Shown here piece after piece: positions 26,896 through 38,971 of a DNA stretch of 64,000 nt. Under the pieces are notes generated by a model. The model had not been told where the DNA came from. It saw only the letters and a program-made list of their open reading frames with translations, and searched no databases. The stretch comes from Antedon mediterranea (lineage: Eukaryota > Animalia > Echinodermata). Both the position numbers and the translations under genes were made by a program. Numbering within the stretch: position 1 is the stretch's first letter; each line of letters begins with the position of its first letter. The stretch spans positions 16,244,001 to 16,308,000 of the forward strand of contig NC_092674.1 in the NCBI RefSeq assembly GCF_964355755.1, given 5' to 3'.

Positions 26896-27964
26896 TTTTT
26901 CTATTTAAACACAATTTTCATTTTAGAAATGTTAGTATAATAATGTAATATTGTAATGCCTTTTCAACATGTTCTGCTTGCTGCTTTCCATGTGGCTACG
27001 TATGATTCGTTTACACCAGACATGTGGCTACGCGCATATCACGTTTTCGTCATGATTAATTTGCCGTATCAGACTGGAGCATGTGTGAAAGACCATTCAT
27101 TAGTCTGGTCAAACTACGGTTTGACCTAGACAAAATTAGAACAGAATTTATTTTTGTTGTGCTTCCTAACAGTAAGACCCATCTGAACAACATATGAAAA
27201 ATGGAGAAAAAGGGAAGATGAAGAAAAATTGCTAATTTGCATATAACTAAAATGGCCGTTTTCTCTCAATTTTACACAAATATCAGTATTAAAGCATCCG
27301 ATTTTGGCAAACATATATTTTGCAAGAAAATCATGGAGATGTTTAAAAAATAAATTGTTACACTTTTAAAAATCCAAGATGGTTTAAAATATACTTCAAA
27401 TATGGCTGCGATTTTTCTTATCCTGTATAAAACACCAAATCAAGTCTTTCACAATTGTCTGTCATAGGTCGTAGTCACGTATAGATTTTGCTTTTAGAAG
27501 CAGTCCTCATGAAACATTCATTTTCAGTATTAATATTGTAAAGTTTTCAAAGTAAAAGTTGGTCCTATTATCACCAATGGGAGTTTACGAATTAGCTGTC
27601 GCATTTATAAATTCCAAAACAAAAATGAAATACTTAGATTCAACAAATATTATTTAATTTTACTTTATTGATAAAATCAGATTTCTTTCTTCTTCTAACA
27701 ATGTTAGACAACTTTAATCATGTTTAATGAAGATTGAATTATCATGTATTTAGAAGATAGGCCTACTGAAAGTTTTTCAGACAAAAAATATTTATAAAAA
27801 ACAAATTACCATAGATGTAAATAGATAAAACTCGCGTTATTCACCAAACTAGTTACCAATTAACAATAATTAACTATTAATAAATAAATTAGTTTGAATC
27901 TATGAAACATCCACATATCAATAATGAAATTACTAACTTATTAGGAATAGATGAATTTCTTTAA

Positions 27965-28557
27965 AGCTCAGGTACAGGCATGAATTTTAAATATAATATC
28001 TGGTTAATTGTACATAAATCAAATATTTGTAACAGAAATCAAGACGAAAAACCATGAATAATAATATGGTCAAATACAAAATTTGGCAAAATTCTGCCAA
28101 AAAAAAAAACAGGAAGACTTTTTTTCAGTAGTTAGGTAGTTAACATAATGTAATAACATGTCTGGTGACTCCCTAGAAGGTGAAAAAAGATGGTGGATAT
28201 ACGGTGGATAATTTTTGCTATAGCATGAAAATAAAATTCTGAAGTTGAATAAAAATACCAGAAATGTAAAATTCAAGTTATATTACCTATATTTATTCAT
28301 CTGATAACATTTTTTACCACATCGTTTATTTTTCATAGCTTTTTAAAATGCCTCTCTATTTTCAAAATTTGTGTACAAAGGAATAGAGATTTTACTGTGT
28401 AATTTGAACTATCCCCCCACTGATAAGAAAGTGCTTATTTTCAACAAGCTTGTGTAACACAAATAAAATCCCCAAAATTATGAAACATAAGGGAAACTAT
28501 AGATCGATAATTATTGGAATGTATGATCAATAGAAATTTTTTGCCCACACCTGGCCT
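27965..28557 (-). mobile_element. TTAA-site non-autonomous DNA transposon (Kolobok-like MITE), copy 2
   Basis: Reverse-complement copy of 11679-12264, with TTAA on both sides. Confidence 0.85.
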
Positions 28558-28956
28558 TTAAAATCGTGACAAAACTTAAAATAAATTAAATGAATTATAT
28601 ATACTAAAATCTTGACAATTATAAAACAACATTACCAAAATACATTGATGAATAATTTAAATGTGCATATAAATATACTGAAATCTTGAAAATTAAAATT
28701 ATCAAACTACATTGATGAATTCATTAAATATTCTACAATCTTGACATAAATAAATTCTTAAATCATTTTAGCACAAACAAAAATATGAATTGTACAAGAA
28801 TTAAGATAATTGTATAATAATAAAAATGCTTTTAAATGATATTAGTAAAAAGTTAACAAGTTTAAATTAGATAAAAATATGATTAAAACAAAATCAAAAC
28901 AGAGAGTTATCAATTGCAACTCCCTGATTAGTGATTGAATTCAATAAATAGCCAAA

Positions 28957-29980
28957 TCACAATGTATTAAGTGGAATCTGTAGAGGTGCCGGTTGACGCA
29001 CTTTGCACTTAAACATATAAGCAATTGTGTAAAGATACGGATTGACTGAGGAGTTGATGGGTATGATGAATGTCGCTGCCCAAACATATATTTCATCAGG
29101 AATCGTCATCCAACCCGTCTCGGAACCAATTGCCATTACTATAATCGGGGCCCAGCAACAGAAATCAGTGAAAACTATCAGGCCTAGTTTTCTCGCCATT
29201 TTTAACTGTTCTTTTCTCTGCTGTCTTCTGTTGACAGTGGCCCCCGATCTCTTCACTGACAAGAAAATTGTCAGATAACTAAGTACAATTACAAAAAAGC
29301 CGACGCCATTAAAGGCAACAAAAATGGCAACAGCATACTCCCAACCTGGCCACCGACTTCTGGTTAAAGGTAGTGCAAGGCACACACTTTCCTTTCCATA
29401 ATAATTGTCACTAAAATACGATAAGTTTAATTCATTGGCTGTCACTGGAAGAAAACTCAGCACAATCCAGAATAGCCATCCGAAGCTGATAATGATTCGA
29501 CATTTTGTACGATTGAGGCGTTTCGTACTAAATGGATTAACAATGTTAATAGCTCGATCCACACTCAGCAGCATCAGTGTAAACACTGAACATTGCCCAG
29601 AGAGTGTAGAAATAGCCCCTGCAAAACTGCAAAGAACACTATTTCTCCAAACTCTGGAAACCTTTCCGTATCTTCCTCTGTAATGTATATCCACACTCGC
29701 AATGATGATCAGATAGACTGCCATCAGCAGGTCAGACACGGCGAGGTTGGTGATAAGTGTAGTTTGGACTTTGTTAACATTGTTAATATCATTATCTTTT
29801 TTAAACTTTCGTGAAACGATAACAACAACATTCCCAATGACCGAAGATAACCCGATAATCATCATCAGCACACGGAGAAGTTCATTTTTTAGCAAGTCTT
29901 CACACGATGCAAATGCATCTGAAGGTTCGCAGACATCGATGGCGCCCACAAGGAAACAGAGACTAGAGTATTCCGAGTAC
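28957..29980 (-). CDS. Terminal exon (hinge + 7TM) of an LRR-containing GPCR, RXFP/GRL101-like (LGR type C)
   Basis: AG acceptor at 29981-29982. Reads YSEYSSLCFLVGAIDVCEPSDAFASCEDLL, then seven hydrophobic helices with NLAVSDLLM, SVDR, CLALPL, FTDFCCWAPI and NSSVNPYLYT motifs. Stop at 28957-28959. Confidence 0.95.
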
Positions 29981-30529
29981 CTAAAAGAATCAAATATAGC
30001 AACATAATAAGTGATAAGTTATTATTTTGTTGTATCTTAAAAGAAAATGTTATTATATTTTCAGAAATTTTTAAAAATACTCAAGAACCAACATTCTTAA
30101 GTTTTGAAATTTGTGCACATTTTTAAGTCACCCACCTGCATTCTTGAAATACCCACATGCAACTAATTCAAGTTTACGTGTCTCCCTTTTATTTTCCAGT
30201 CCCGAACTGCGACTGGATTAACAGAATGCTCCTGTGACTTAAGCACAAATTTAGTGGCGCATTTGTGAATTTCAAAAACATGCAAAATTAAATTTTGAAA
30301 AACAAGAGAGATCTTTATCGTCGTAAGTTTCCACTATCATCATGTTGATTGTAAACTAGTCCGTGTGGTGGCAGTCTTTCACAGATGGTTTTGGGGATTA
30401 GTAAAATACTTTTATTTCTATTTTTATTTTTTTTTTAACTAGATTTTTTAATTTATTTTTTTCAACAATTAATTTATTTTTACCAGGGAGTTACTTGGAT
30501 TTCCCAAATTGTGAAAAATCATTACTTAC

Positions 30530-30601
30530 AATTCGTTTAAGCTTATCAATTGTTGAAAGGTCCTATCCCTGTAAACCTGTATCTTGTTGCCTTTTAATTT
30601 T
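30530..30601 (-). CDS. LGR single-LRR exon (72 bp): KLKGNKIQVYRDRTFQQLISLNEL
   Basis: AG/GT(aagt) boundaries, phase 2-2, LRR consensus; splices in frame to the 7TM exon. Confidence 0.9.
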
Positions 30602-31131
30602 CTAAAAAAACAATAAATTCAAACTCAATAAGTTTGTTTTAACACTTCTTAATTCCTTCATTACTTAATATATATGCTGTACATATTAACATTTCTTATT
30701 TTAATACTGTACAGAAGGAATAATAAGTTTAGATTTGTGTGTGTGTGTGTGTGAACAACACAAATAGGTTAATGCTAAACTATCAAACTTTATGTGAAAA
30801 CCATATGGACACAATGATATCATATTACTAGCATATTCAGCACATCACACATTTTGTCCTTGTGTAGATTAGTGTTTAGTTACACATTGCACTGATTATA
30901 TAAGCATGTTCTCAGTTGCGAATCCATGATATCCGAAATGTGGAACACTATTGAATTTAGTGGTAAATCACACGCACTAATATTGTTAATAATAATTCAA
31001 TTGAGGCAGTCAAATGGGAATGTTCCCCCTGATCCTGATACAAATCAAATCAATTCAGGTCATCATAATTATGTGTTGTGGACATTCAGGAAGGCAATAT
31101 GCAAATTATATCTTACATAATGTTAACTTAC

Positions 31132-31206
31132 AAAATTAAAAGTGATGAAGCAAAAGAAGAGAATGCCTCAGGATCTATGGTAGTTATAGCGTTGTTATCT
31201 AAGTTC
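31132..31206 (-). CDS. LGR single-LRR exon (75 bp): NLDNNAITTIDPEAFSSFASSLLIL
   Basis: AG/GT(aagt) boundaries, phase 2-2, LRR consensus. Confidence 0.88.
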
Positions 31207-32532
31207 CTGTTTAAAGATAAATTAATAGACATTTAATAAATATTTGTTTATTGAAAAATATGTTTTATTTAAAAATGTTATGTCCCCTATCAAATCAGAC
31301 TTTGAATAGGCCGTTTTGTTATTTTAATAAAGTTATTCACTTCCATAGAATAAAAAAATTTAAACAATATAAAAAGACAAAGTAAATGGTTAAATTCAAC
31401 AATTTATTTTTTGCTTAATATATGTATATTTTTTTGGTCAAAGTGAACTTAAATATTTATGTGACAATTAAAAACATTGTTTTTTTAAATATTTGGACAA
31501 TGTATCTTTAAGACTATATTACGATTTAAAATGTTATACTGAGAGTAAAAAGCATTCCTGCTTGAAACTACGGTAGTTATTATACAGTAGAGGTAATGAT
31601 GAAAGAAAAGTCTATCTGGAGCTGACTACACCACAGACTCATTCATTCATTCATTCTTTATTTAGCCTTTAAAATCGAAATACATTTAAAACAAGGTAAC
31701 AAAAACAAGACAGGGTGGAAATCTAAGGAGGCAAGGATAAGCAAAAGCAATTAAAATCGCTGTAGCTCGCAGGCTTGCTTATCCATCCTTAGACTAAAAA
31801 TAAAATAATTTATAGTAATTAAAATCATATAATAATATATAATTTGTTTGATTCAGTCTTATGGTAAGATTTCATTCTTTTTAAAGTCACGGAAATATCT
31901 TTAAATCAATTAATCAATTATAATTAATGTTGTTCATTCGAATTCCATTGACTGACACAGGTGTTTACTCAATGTTTGTTAGGGCAGTCCATGAAATTCA
32001 GTATTAACTGGAATAATTATATATAATAACCATAATTTAGGAAGTATTGAAAAAAATCTCCAAATGATTTCAAACATTGGTACCAGTGTTACAGCAATGT
32101 TAGGGCAGTCCATGACATCCAGTATCAACTGGAATAATTAGAATAGTTCTAAAACCTTAAATGATAAATAATACAAATTAAGTTAGTTGCAAATCATCTA
32201 TTGATTTAATATAAACACTGCATTTACTCCTTTTATTTTTGTTTGTTTTCAGTTTATAAGTTCCATTTACAGCTTTGTTGGCAACAAAAACCACTCCGCT
32301 ACTAAGTCTCAAGCTTTACTTGCCCACCCTGTAAATGTTTTGCTTTATCCTAGAGAATAGTAACCCTTTTATAGTACAAAAGTGTTATTTCAGGCAAGTC
32401 GACCAGTGGCTCCAGGTTCATCATCATAAAATAGGCATAATTTTACAAACATTTAATTGAAAGATTACACTATAAAATACATATTGTACAATGTAGTGAT
32501 TTGGGATAAATTTGTTAAGATATTATACTCAC

Positions 32533-32604
32533 AGTTCTGTCAATGCTGTCAAACCATTAAATGCATTTGCTGGCAATTTCTTTATTTGGTTATTGTCCAA
32601 CCTC
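32533..32604 (-). CDS. LGR single-LRR exon (72 bp): RLDNNQIKKLPANAFNGLTALTEL
   Basis: AG/GT(gagt) boundaries, phase 2-2, typical LRR. Confidence 0.9.
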
Positions 32605-33334
32605 CTAAAATAAAGAATACACAGTCAAAAGAAATTAAAATATATTTTGTACGATTTTCTTTTCCTATGACTTGTTTTAGATATGGTCCATAATACGTCA
32701 GTTGAAACCTCCTGTGGACACCACTTGTAAATGTACACCTCATAACGGATACTCACATAAAAGTCTGTGTGTCCTTTTTATTCAATATAGTGCATTGGTA
32801 AGTACCATTAGGGAAGAGTGGAATTACTTTCCCTGTTACCATCTTAAATCATCTCAAACATTTCCATAAGAGGACAGGAAAAACATTTTATTTGTATAGA
32901 TAACTTCTAAAAACTGTTTATTTTCTAAAAATAATTTTAAATACTGAAATCTATGTTACTTTACTTTAAAATAGCCTTTATGTTGGAGAATTAGACGCTA
33001 TACATTATTTGTTATAGTACAAGATTAAATTCATTCATTCATTCATTTTATTTGGTCCAATATAAAAATACATCAGAAATTCCTCTTATATACACTGCAG
33101 AGATAATAACAATATACGTACATGCAGAAAACAATCAATATAAAAAATCACTGATAAAATATCAATTCTAATTCTCCGACTGGGCAATTATCACAAAATT
33201 TAATGCAATATTGTGTTTTGTCTGATTGTGAAATCTACTTTTGACTTACTGTATAACAAAATTTAAACATGAACTCATTTTTTATGTAGTAATTCAATCA
33301 TAATTATAAAGTACATATCAATAAAAATACTCAC

Positions 33335-33406
33335 AGCAATGTCAATGCAGTTAAACCAAAAAATGCATTTGCTGGCAATGTGCTTATCTTGAAATCTCTC
33401 AACCAC
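33335..33406 (-). CDS. LGR single-LRR exon (72 bp): WLRDFKISTLPANAFFGLTALTLL
   Basis: AAG acceptor, GTGAGT donor, phase 2-2. The conserved LRR Asn is replaced by Phe. Confidence 0.8.
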
Positions 33407-33819
33407 CTTCAAGATAAAACAATTTAGTATTAACCAAGTAGCAGACCATGTATTAAGAAATATACCTGTATAGACTCTACATATGCCATTATTCCCAATA
33501 TGGACACCCCTCGAAAGGAAAATGGAATAGTCCAGGCGCCGTAGCGGGCCGTACAAACGTCTCTCACGCATGACATCGTCCTCATATTCCGAGATCCACG
33601 TGATCACGGCGAGGGGAGGCGGGAGGGATTGCTATACAGTTAGGTATCTCACTTATAGACACCACTGTTGGTTTGTGTAATCATATACCATCTTGTAAGT
33701 GGCCATGTTTTTTTGTTGGTTTTAGTTTGGAACAAAATTTTTTCAAAAACTTTCTAAAATTTAGTTTTATTTGAAATTTCTAGAAAGTTTGTAGGAATTC
33801 AGAGTAAAAAAATACTCAC

Positions 33820-33897
33820 AGTTGTGGCAGTGATGTCAACCCATTAAATGCATAGGCTTCCAGTGTACTAATTTGATTAGTTTCCACCCATTCAGGA
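33820..33897 (-). CDS. LGR single-LRR exon (78 bp): PEWVETNQISTLEAYAFNGLTSLPQL
   Basis: TAG acceptor at 33898-33900 and GTGAGT donor. In frame, but two codons longer than its neighbours. Confidence 0.7.
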
Positions 33898-36244
33898 CTA
33901 AAGAAAAGGAAAGTTCAGTAAGAAAAAATTGCAGTATTTAAAACTATATATACTACTATAAACTATAATTTAAAACCATTAGTTACCATTAAAGATGAGA
34001 TCTAAGAATTCTAATTCTCCGACTGGGTAATTATCACAACATTTAATTCAAAATTGTGTTTTGTCTGCTTGCTTGTGAAATGTTACTTTTCTTTGTTTTC
34101 CACGGGATTACACTGTAGTGATATAGGTGGACTACATTATACATCACAATTCAGTTATTTTTGTAAACACACATATCCCCCCCCCCCCTGTTTTTTAATG
34201 GTGGTGGGGGAGGGGATCCTGTTGTCACCGCTGTAATTCAATAAATGAAACAGGTACTGAAATGGTACTGAATGATGCTTCATTTTATGAAAACCACATA
34301 AAATAATCATGATTATTGAAAGAAAATTAGACATTGGTATAAGAAATGCATTAAAAAAAAGTAGAATTAACAAAGCAATTTCAATAAATATGTAAATAAT
34401 GTTTAGGTAAGTTTTGATTTTTAAAGAATAGGTTTAAGCAGCAAGACAAGAAATATGATATGAACTAACTTTAATTTAATAGCCTTGTTTTGTTCACATT
34501 CATTTATTCATTCATATTCAATATCATAAGTAAAAAATAGACATTTTGTTCTCATAGTACACTGTTTAAGCTAAATTATGTTACAAAATAAAATATAACA
34601 GTTTATTATATCTCAACCGTATGTTGTAACAGTAAATAAAAATATAATTATATTTTATTTGTATTACCAACTGAATGGATCTTTTAAAGGGTAAATTATT
34701 AATCAAAAGAAATTCATAAGAGTAACTATAAAAAAAAAATACCTGTAATCAATGATTTGCCCGACGTGCAATATCCTTCAAAGTAAGAGAAATACAAAGT
34801 AATTGTTATTATAAAAAAATATATATATATATATATTTTGATAATTCAAAACAAAATAACTACATAAACAAAATGTAGTAAATCTTACTTAAATGATATT
34901 TAAATTGTAAAATATTATTTTACAACTGAAAATTTATTTTGATTTATTATATTATCTTACAAAAAATTAAAAAAATTCATACTGAATTCATTAAAAAGAA
35001 GTTGTTTATTGTCGTGATGTGGTTTCCCGATTAATCGTACGATCAAAACGGTACTGGGTATGATTAAAAAGAAGTTGTTTATTTTTGGGGTTGGGTGTGG
35101 GGAGTGGTTTAAACTTATAATCACATAATAATATAATTATATATTAATTATTTTGTTATAGTTGTCCTACAATGTAAAATACAATTTCTAATTTAACTTT
35201 TTAATTAAAACTAAATTGTAGTACAGTAAATACATTATACTGCATGTAATCCATCTATTGTATACTTTAGTATGTCAAAATATAATATGTTAAAATAAAA
35301 ATTTGGTAAATATATTTTAATAATTTATTTCCTAAAACAAAATGTTTACACCAAATTCAAATCGTTAGCAACCATAATAAATGTATTATCTAATATGTAA
35401 TACAGATTCAGTTTCAATTGTTATATCTTACAAAATTAAATAGTTCAATCATGGTGTATACATTTAAAAAATGTTGATTTTAAAATTATTTGAAATAATT
35501 TGATAAATTTAAAAATGTTGATTTTAAAATTCTTTTTCTGTAAATAGTCGTAATGTACACATTAGTCCATTTTTACAATTGAACCTACAATGAATGCACT
35601 CCATTGTATAAACATTTTAATGTCAAAATATAAAATATATATGTAAATTTTAATTTTAAATCACTACATAAACAAATACTAATTATTTAGTAACATTTGT
35701 TATAATGATATTTATATTGTGACATTTACAATAAAAATTTATTTTGAATTATTTTTATTTTTAAAAAATAAAATTTGTGGATGGGAAAAAAAACTATTGA
35801 TTTTTAAAGATATTTAAAAAAATAAAGTTCATTCATGGTGGATGAGAAAAAAACTATTAATTACTAAATTATAAATTACATTATTACTCTATTAGTGATG
35901 TCAAAATATGTTATGTTAAAATAAATGTGGTAAATATAATTATTTTAACAATTTGCAAAGTATAAGTAAATTGCTATATATCCAATCTGTTTTTACATTA
36001 TTTTGTTGAAATGTCTACATATATATATATTGTGATATTGATTTTAAATTATTATGTATTATTAAACAAATTAAGTTCAAACTATTGATTTTTAAAGTTA
36101 TTTATTACAAGATCACAAATTGTGAAATTATATAATAATATTAATCCATTATCATTGCTTAACCAACAATGTAAAACAATTTGTAATTTAATTCTAAATT
36201 AAACCAAATTGGTAAAAGTAAGCAAACATAAGCAATACACTTAC

Positions 36245-36316
36245 AGTGTTTTCAATGCTGTCAAACCAGCAAATACATTGGCTTGTAATGTACTTATTTG
36301 GTTATAGTACAAATCC
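36245..36316 (-). CDS. LGR single-LRR exon (72 bp): DLYYNQISTLQANVFAGLTALKTL
   Basis: AG/GTAAGT boundaries, phase 2-2; member of the recent tandem array. Confidence 0.88.
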
Positions 36317-38971
36317 CTTAAAAGTAAAAAGAATGCACAGTATAAGTAAATCACAATATCCAAGCTGTTTTTAAATTATTTTAGTTTTTCTGTCACCTCA
36401 AATGTTGAAATGTCTACATTCCTGTACATTATTACTCTATTAGTGATGTCAAAATATGTTATGTTAAAATAAATATGGTAAATATAATTATAAAAATAAA
36501 AAATGATAGAATATATTCTATTATTAATGTGTAATTGTATTTCTAAATTAAAACCAAATAAATAAACTGATTGAAACAACATAAAATTACTCTAAACCAT
36601 CAGCTGTAGTTCAACATTAACAACTGCACCCCCCCCCCCCCCTCTGGTCACTATTATCATGGACCTTTAAATTAGCATGAATCTATATAAATTCTTTCTT
36701 TCTTTGGTTGCAGAATATTTGTTGTATCAATAAACTTATGTTAAACCGATTCAATTTCAATTATTATCTTACAAAAATAAATAATTCAAACATGGTAGAT
36801 ACATTTTAAAAATGTTGATTTTAAAATAATTCTTTTTGCTATACATACAAATATAAAATATATATTTATATTTTAATAATTTTTTTCTCATAAGACAAAA
36901 TTAATACATAAACAAATACTAATTATTTAGTAACATTTGTTATAATAATTAGGTGATCATTTTTAGAATAAAATGATCACCTATTGTTATTGTATAAAAT
37001 CTTTATTGGTTATCCGCAACGAAGTTGCAGGATAACCTCTTGTGATTGTACGAAATCAACCTGTATGATTTTTGTGTAACGCTTTTCTCTAAAACTCGCA
37101 AACATAACATTTCGGTAACTATCTTAACATATTGACATTTACGTAACGTCGTCAAGCGAAGCTTTTCATGACGTTTACAATTGCGCAACGTGACTTACGC
37201 GCGATTTAACGATTTTGTCGTATTTAACATAGCTCGACAACCAAATAACATTTCAACTTGAAACTTTGCAAAAGTTTAATTTATATCATGCGCTAACTTT
37301 CTGTTGAAAAAAAATTGCGTGTTTTACACAAAGTTACGCGCGCACGCGCATTTAAAATTTCAAAATGCGCAAAATTAATTTATAATCAACTTTCTACGAG
37401 TTTCATGTCGTTTTAAGCATGTCAAAAATTCCCACGCGTGCGCACATTTTTACGTGTGCGGTGCGCACGTAGTATTGAAAACGTACTTTTTTCACGTGAT
37501 TTATATTTTTCCAGCCTTTTCTAGTAATTTTACCAAATTTTAAACAATTTCGACTTAAAGATACGTCATACGAGCACGTCGAATTGGACAATTTGCGCGC
37601 GTTTTTTATGAAAAGGTTAAAAAATTCGTTTAAAATATGCCTTTTTTTAAACAGTCGTAATTTCTAAACTAGACGGTCAACTTTTTGTGGATGGCATATT
37701 CTGGAAGTAGATGAGTTGTAGATATCGGATCAGGTATTAATATGGCTAACCGGACATTGTGACGTCATCGTATGGCCACGCGAATATAAAATTTAGGATT
37801 TTTGTATCTTTCGTCATAGCTCATCACATTGAATAGAGCGCATCTCCACTTATCCGTTTTCCATTTTCACCCCGATTTTGATTTTGTCTAGGTCAATCAA
37901 GTATCTTTCGCATGAGTTAAAAATATTTTAATTTTTTTGACGTCATCATGCCTAAAAATTTTAATCACGTGTGGCATCAATTTCATCTTTACAGTAAATT
38001 TTAATCTGTTATAGCTCGTAAGAATAAAACTTGATAATCACGATTAAAACTTTTTCTGGAAGCTATTGGATTGTAGATACGAAATTATGTAAAAATGTTG
38101 CCAATCGGATGTTGTGACGTCATCATATGGCCAGTTAAATAAAAAAGGTCGTATTTTCATCTTTTGCGTCATAATTCATTACATTTAAAAGAGCGCGCAT
38201 CAATATTTCACGTATTCAAATTTCTTCTACACGCTAATACGTTGTTGCTGAGATAATTTCCTTTCGGAATTGCTAACTTCGCGTTTCATTTTAAAACCGT
38301 CAACATGTTAAAAATTGTAATAAATAGCGGGTCCCGTAATTTCACCTATTCTACACTGTATGTGATATGGATACAGATTATACTGTGTATACTATATATG
38401 AATTTAAATAATAAAATTCAGCAATAACAACAGATCATATTCTTCAGTTCAGTTCATAATGCCAACGTGAACACTTCCTTTTGTCCTCAACCTATCCCCT
38501 TAATGTTAATGTTGCACCACTTGCGCGGCGGATAACCAAACTCGTCAAAGTGACGAGTTACATGTCTAGTTGGTTATCCGCAACGAAGTTGCAGGATAAC
38601 CTCTTGTGATTGTACGAAATCATTGGTTATCCGCAACGAAGTTGCAGGATAACCTCTTGTGATTGTACGAAATCATCATCATCATCATCATCATCAACTT
38701 TTTATTGGTTATCCGCAACGAAGTTGCAGGATAACCTCTTGTGATTGTACGAAATCATCATCATCATCATCATCATCAACTTTTTGGTTATCCGCAACGA
38801 AGTTGCAGGATAACCTCTTGTGATTGTACGAAATCATCATCATTGGTTATCCGCAACGAAGTTGCAGGATAACCTCTTGTGATTGTACGAAATCATTGGT
38901 TATCCGCAACGAAGTTGCAGGATAACCTCTTGTGATTGTACGAAATCATCATCATCATCATCAACTTTTTA

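Noticed and set aside
29042-30007. Plus-strand ORFs overlapping the GPCR exon
   Set aside because: Antisense shadows of the 7TM coding exon.
33465-33660. GC-rich patch in an LGR intron as a possible exon or promoter
   Set aside because: No LRR frame or convincing splice pair. It is probably a repeat fragment, but the boundaries could not be established.
38570-38971. CRISPR-like cluster of identical ~53-bp palindromic repeats with variable spacers (also 51489-51772 and 56418-56530)
   Set aside because: The 'spacers' are only (cat)n/T-tract remnants. The repeats are the 5' heads of nested elements. The context is eukaryotic and has no cas genes.
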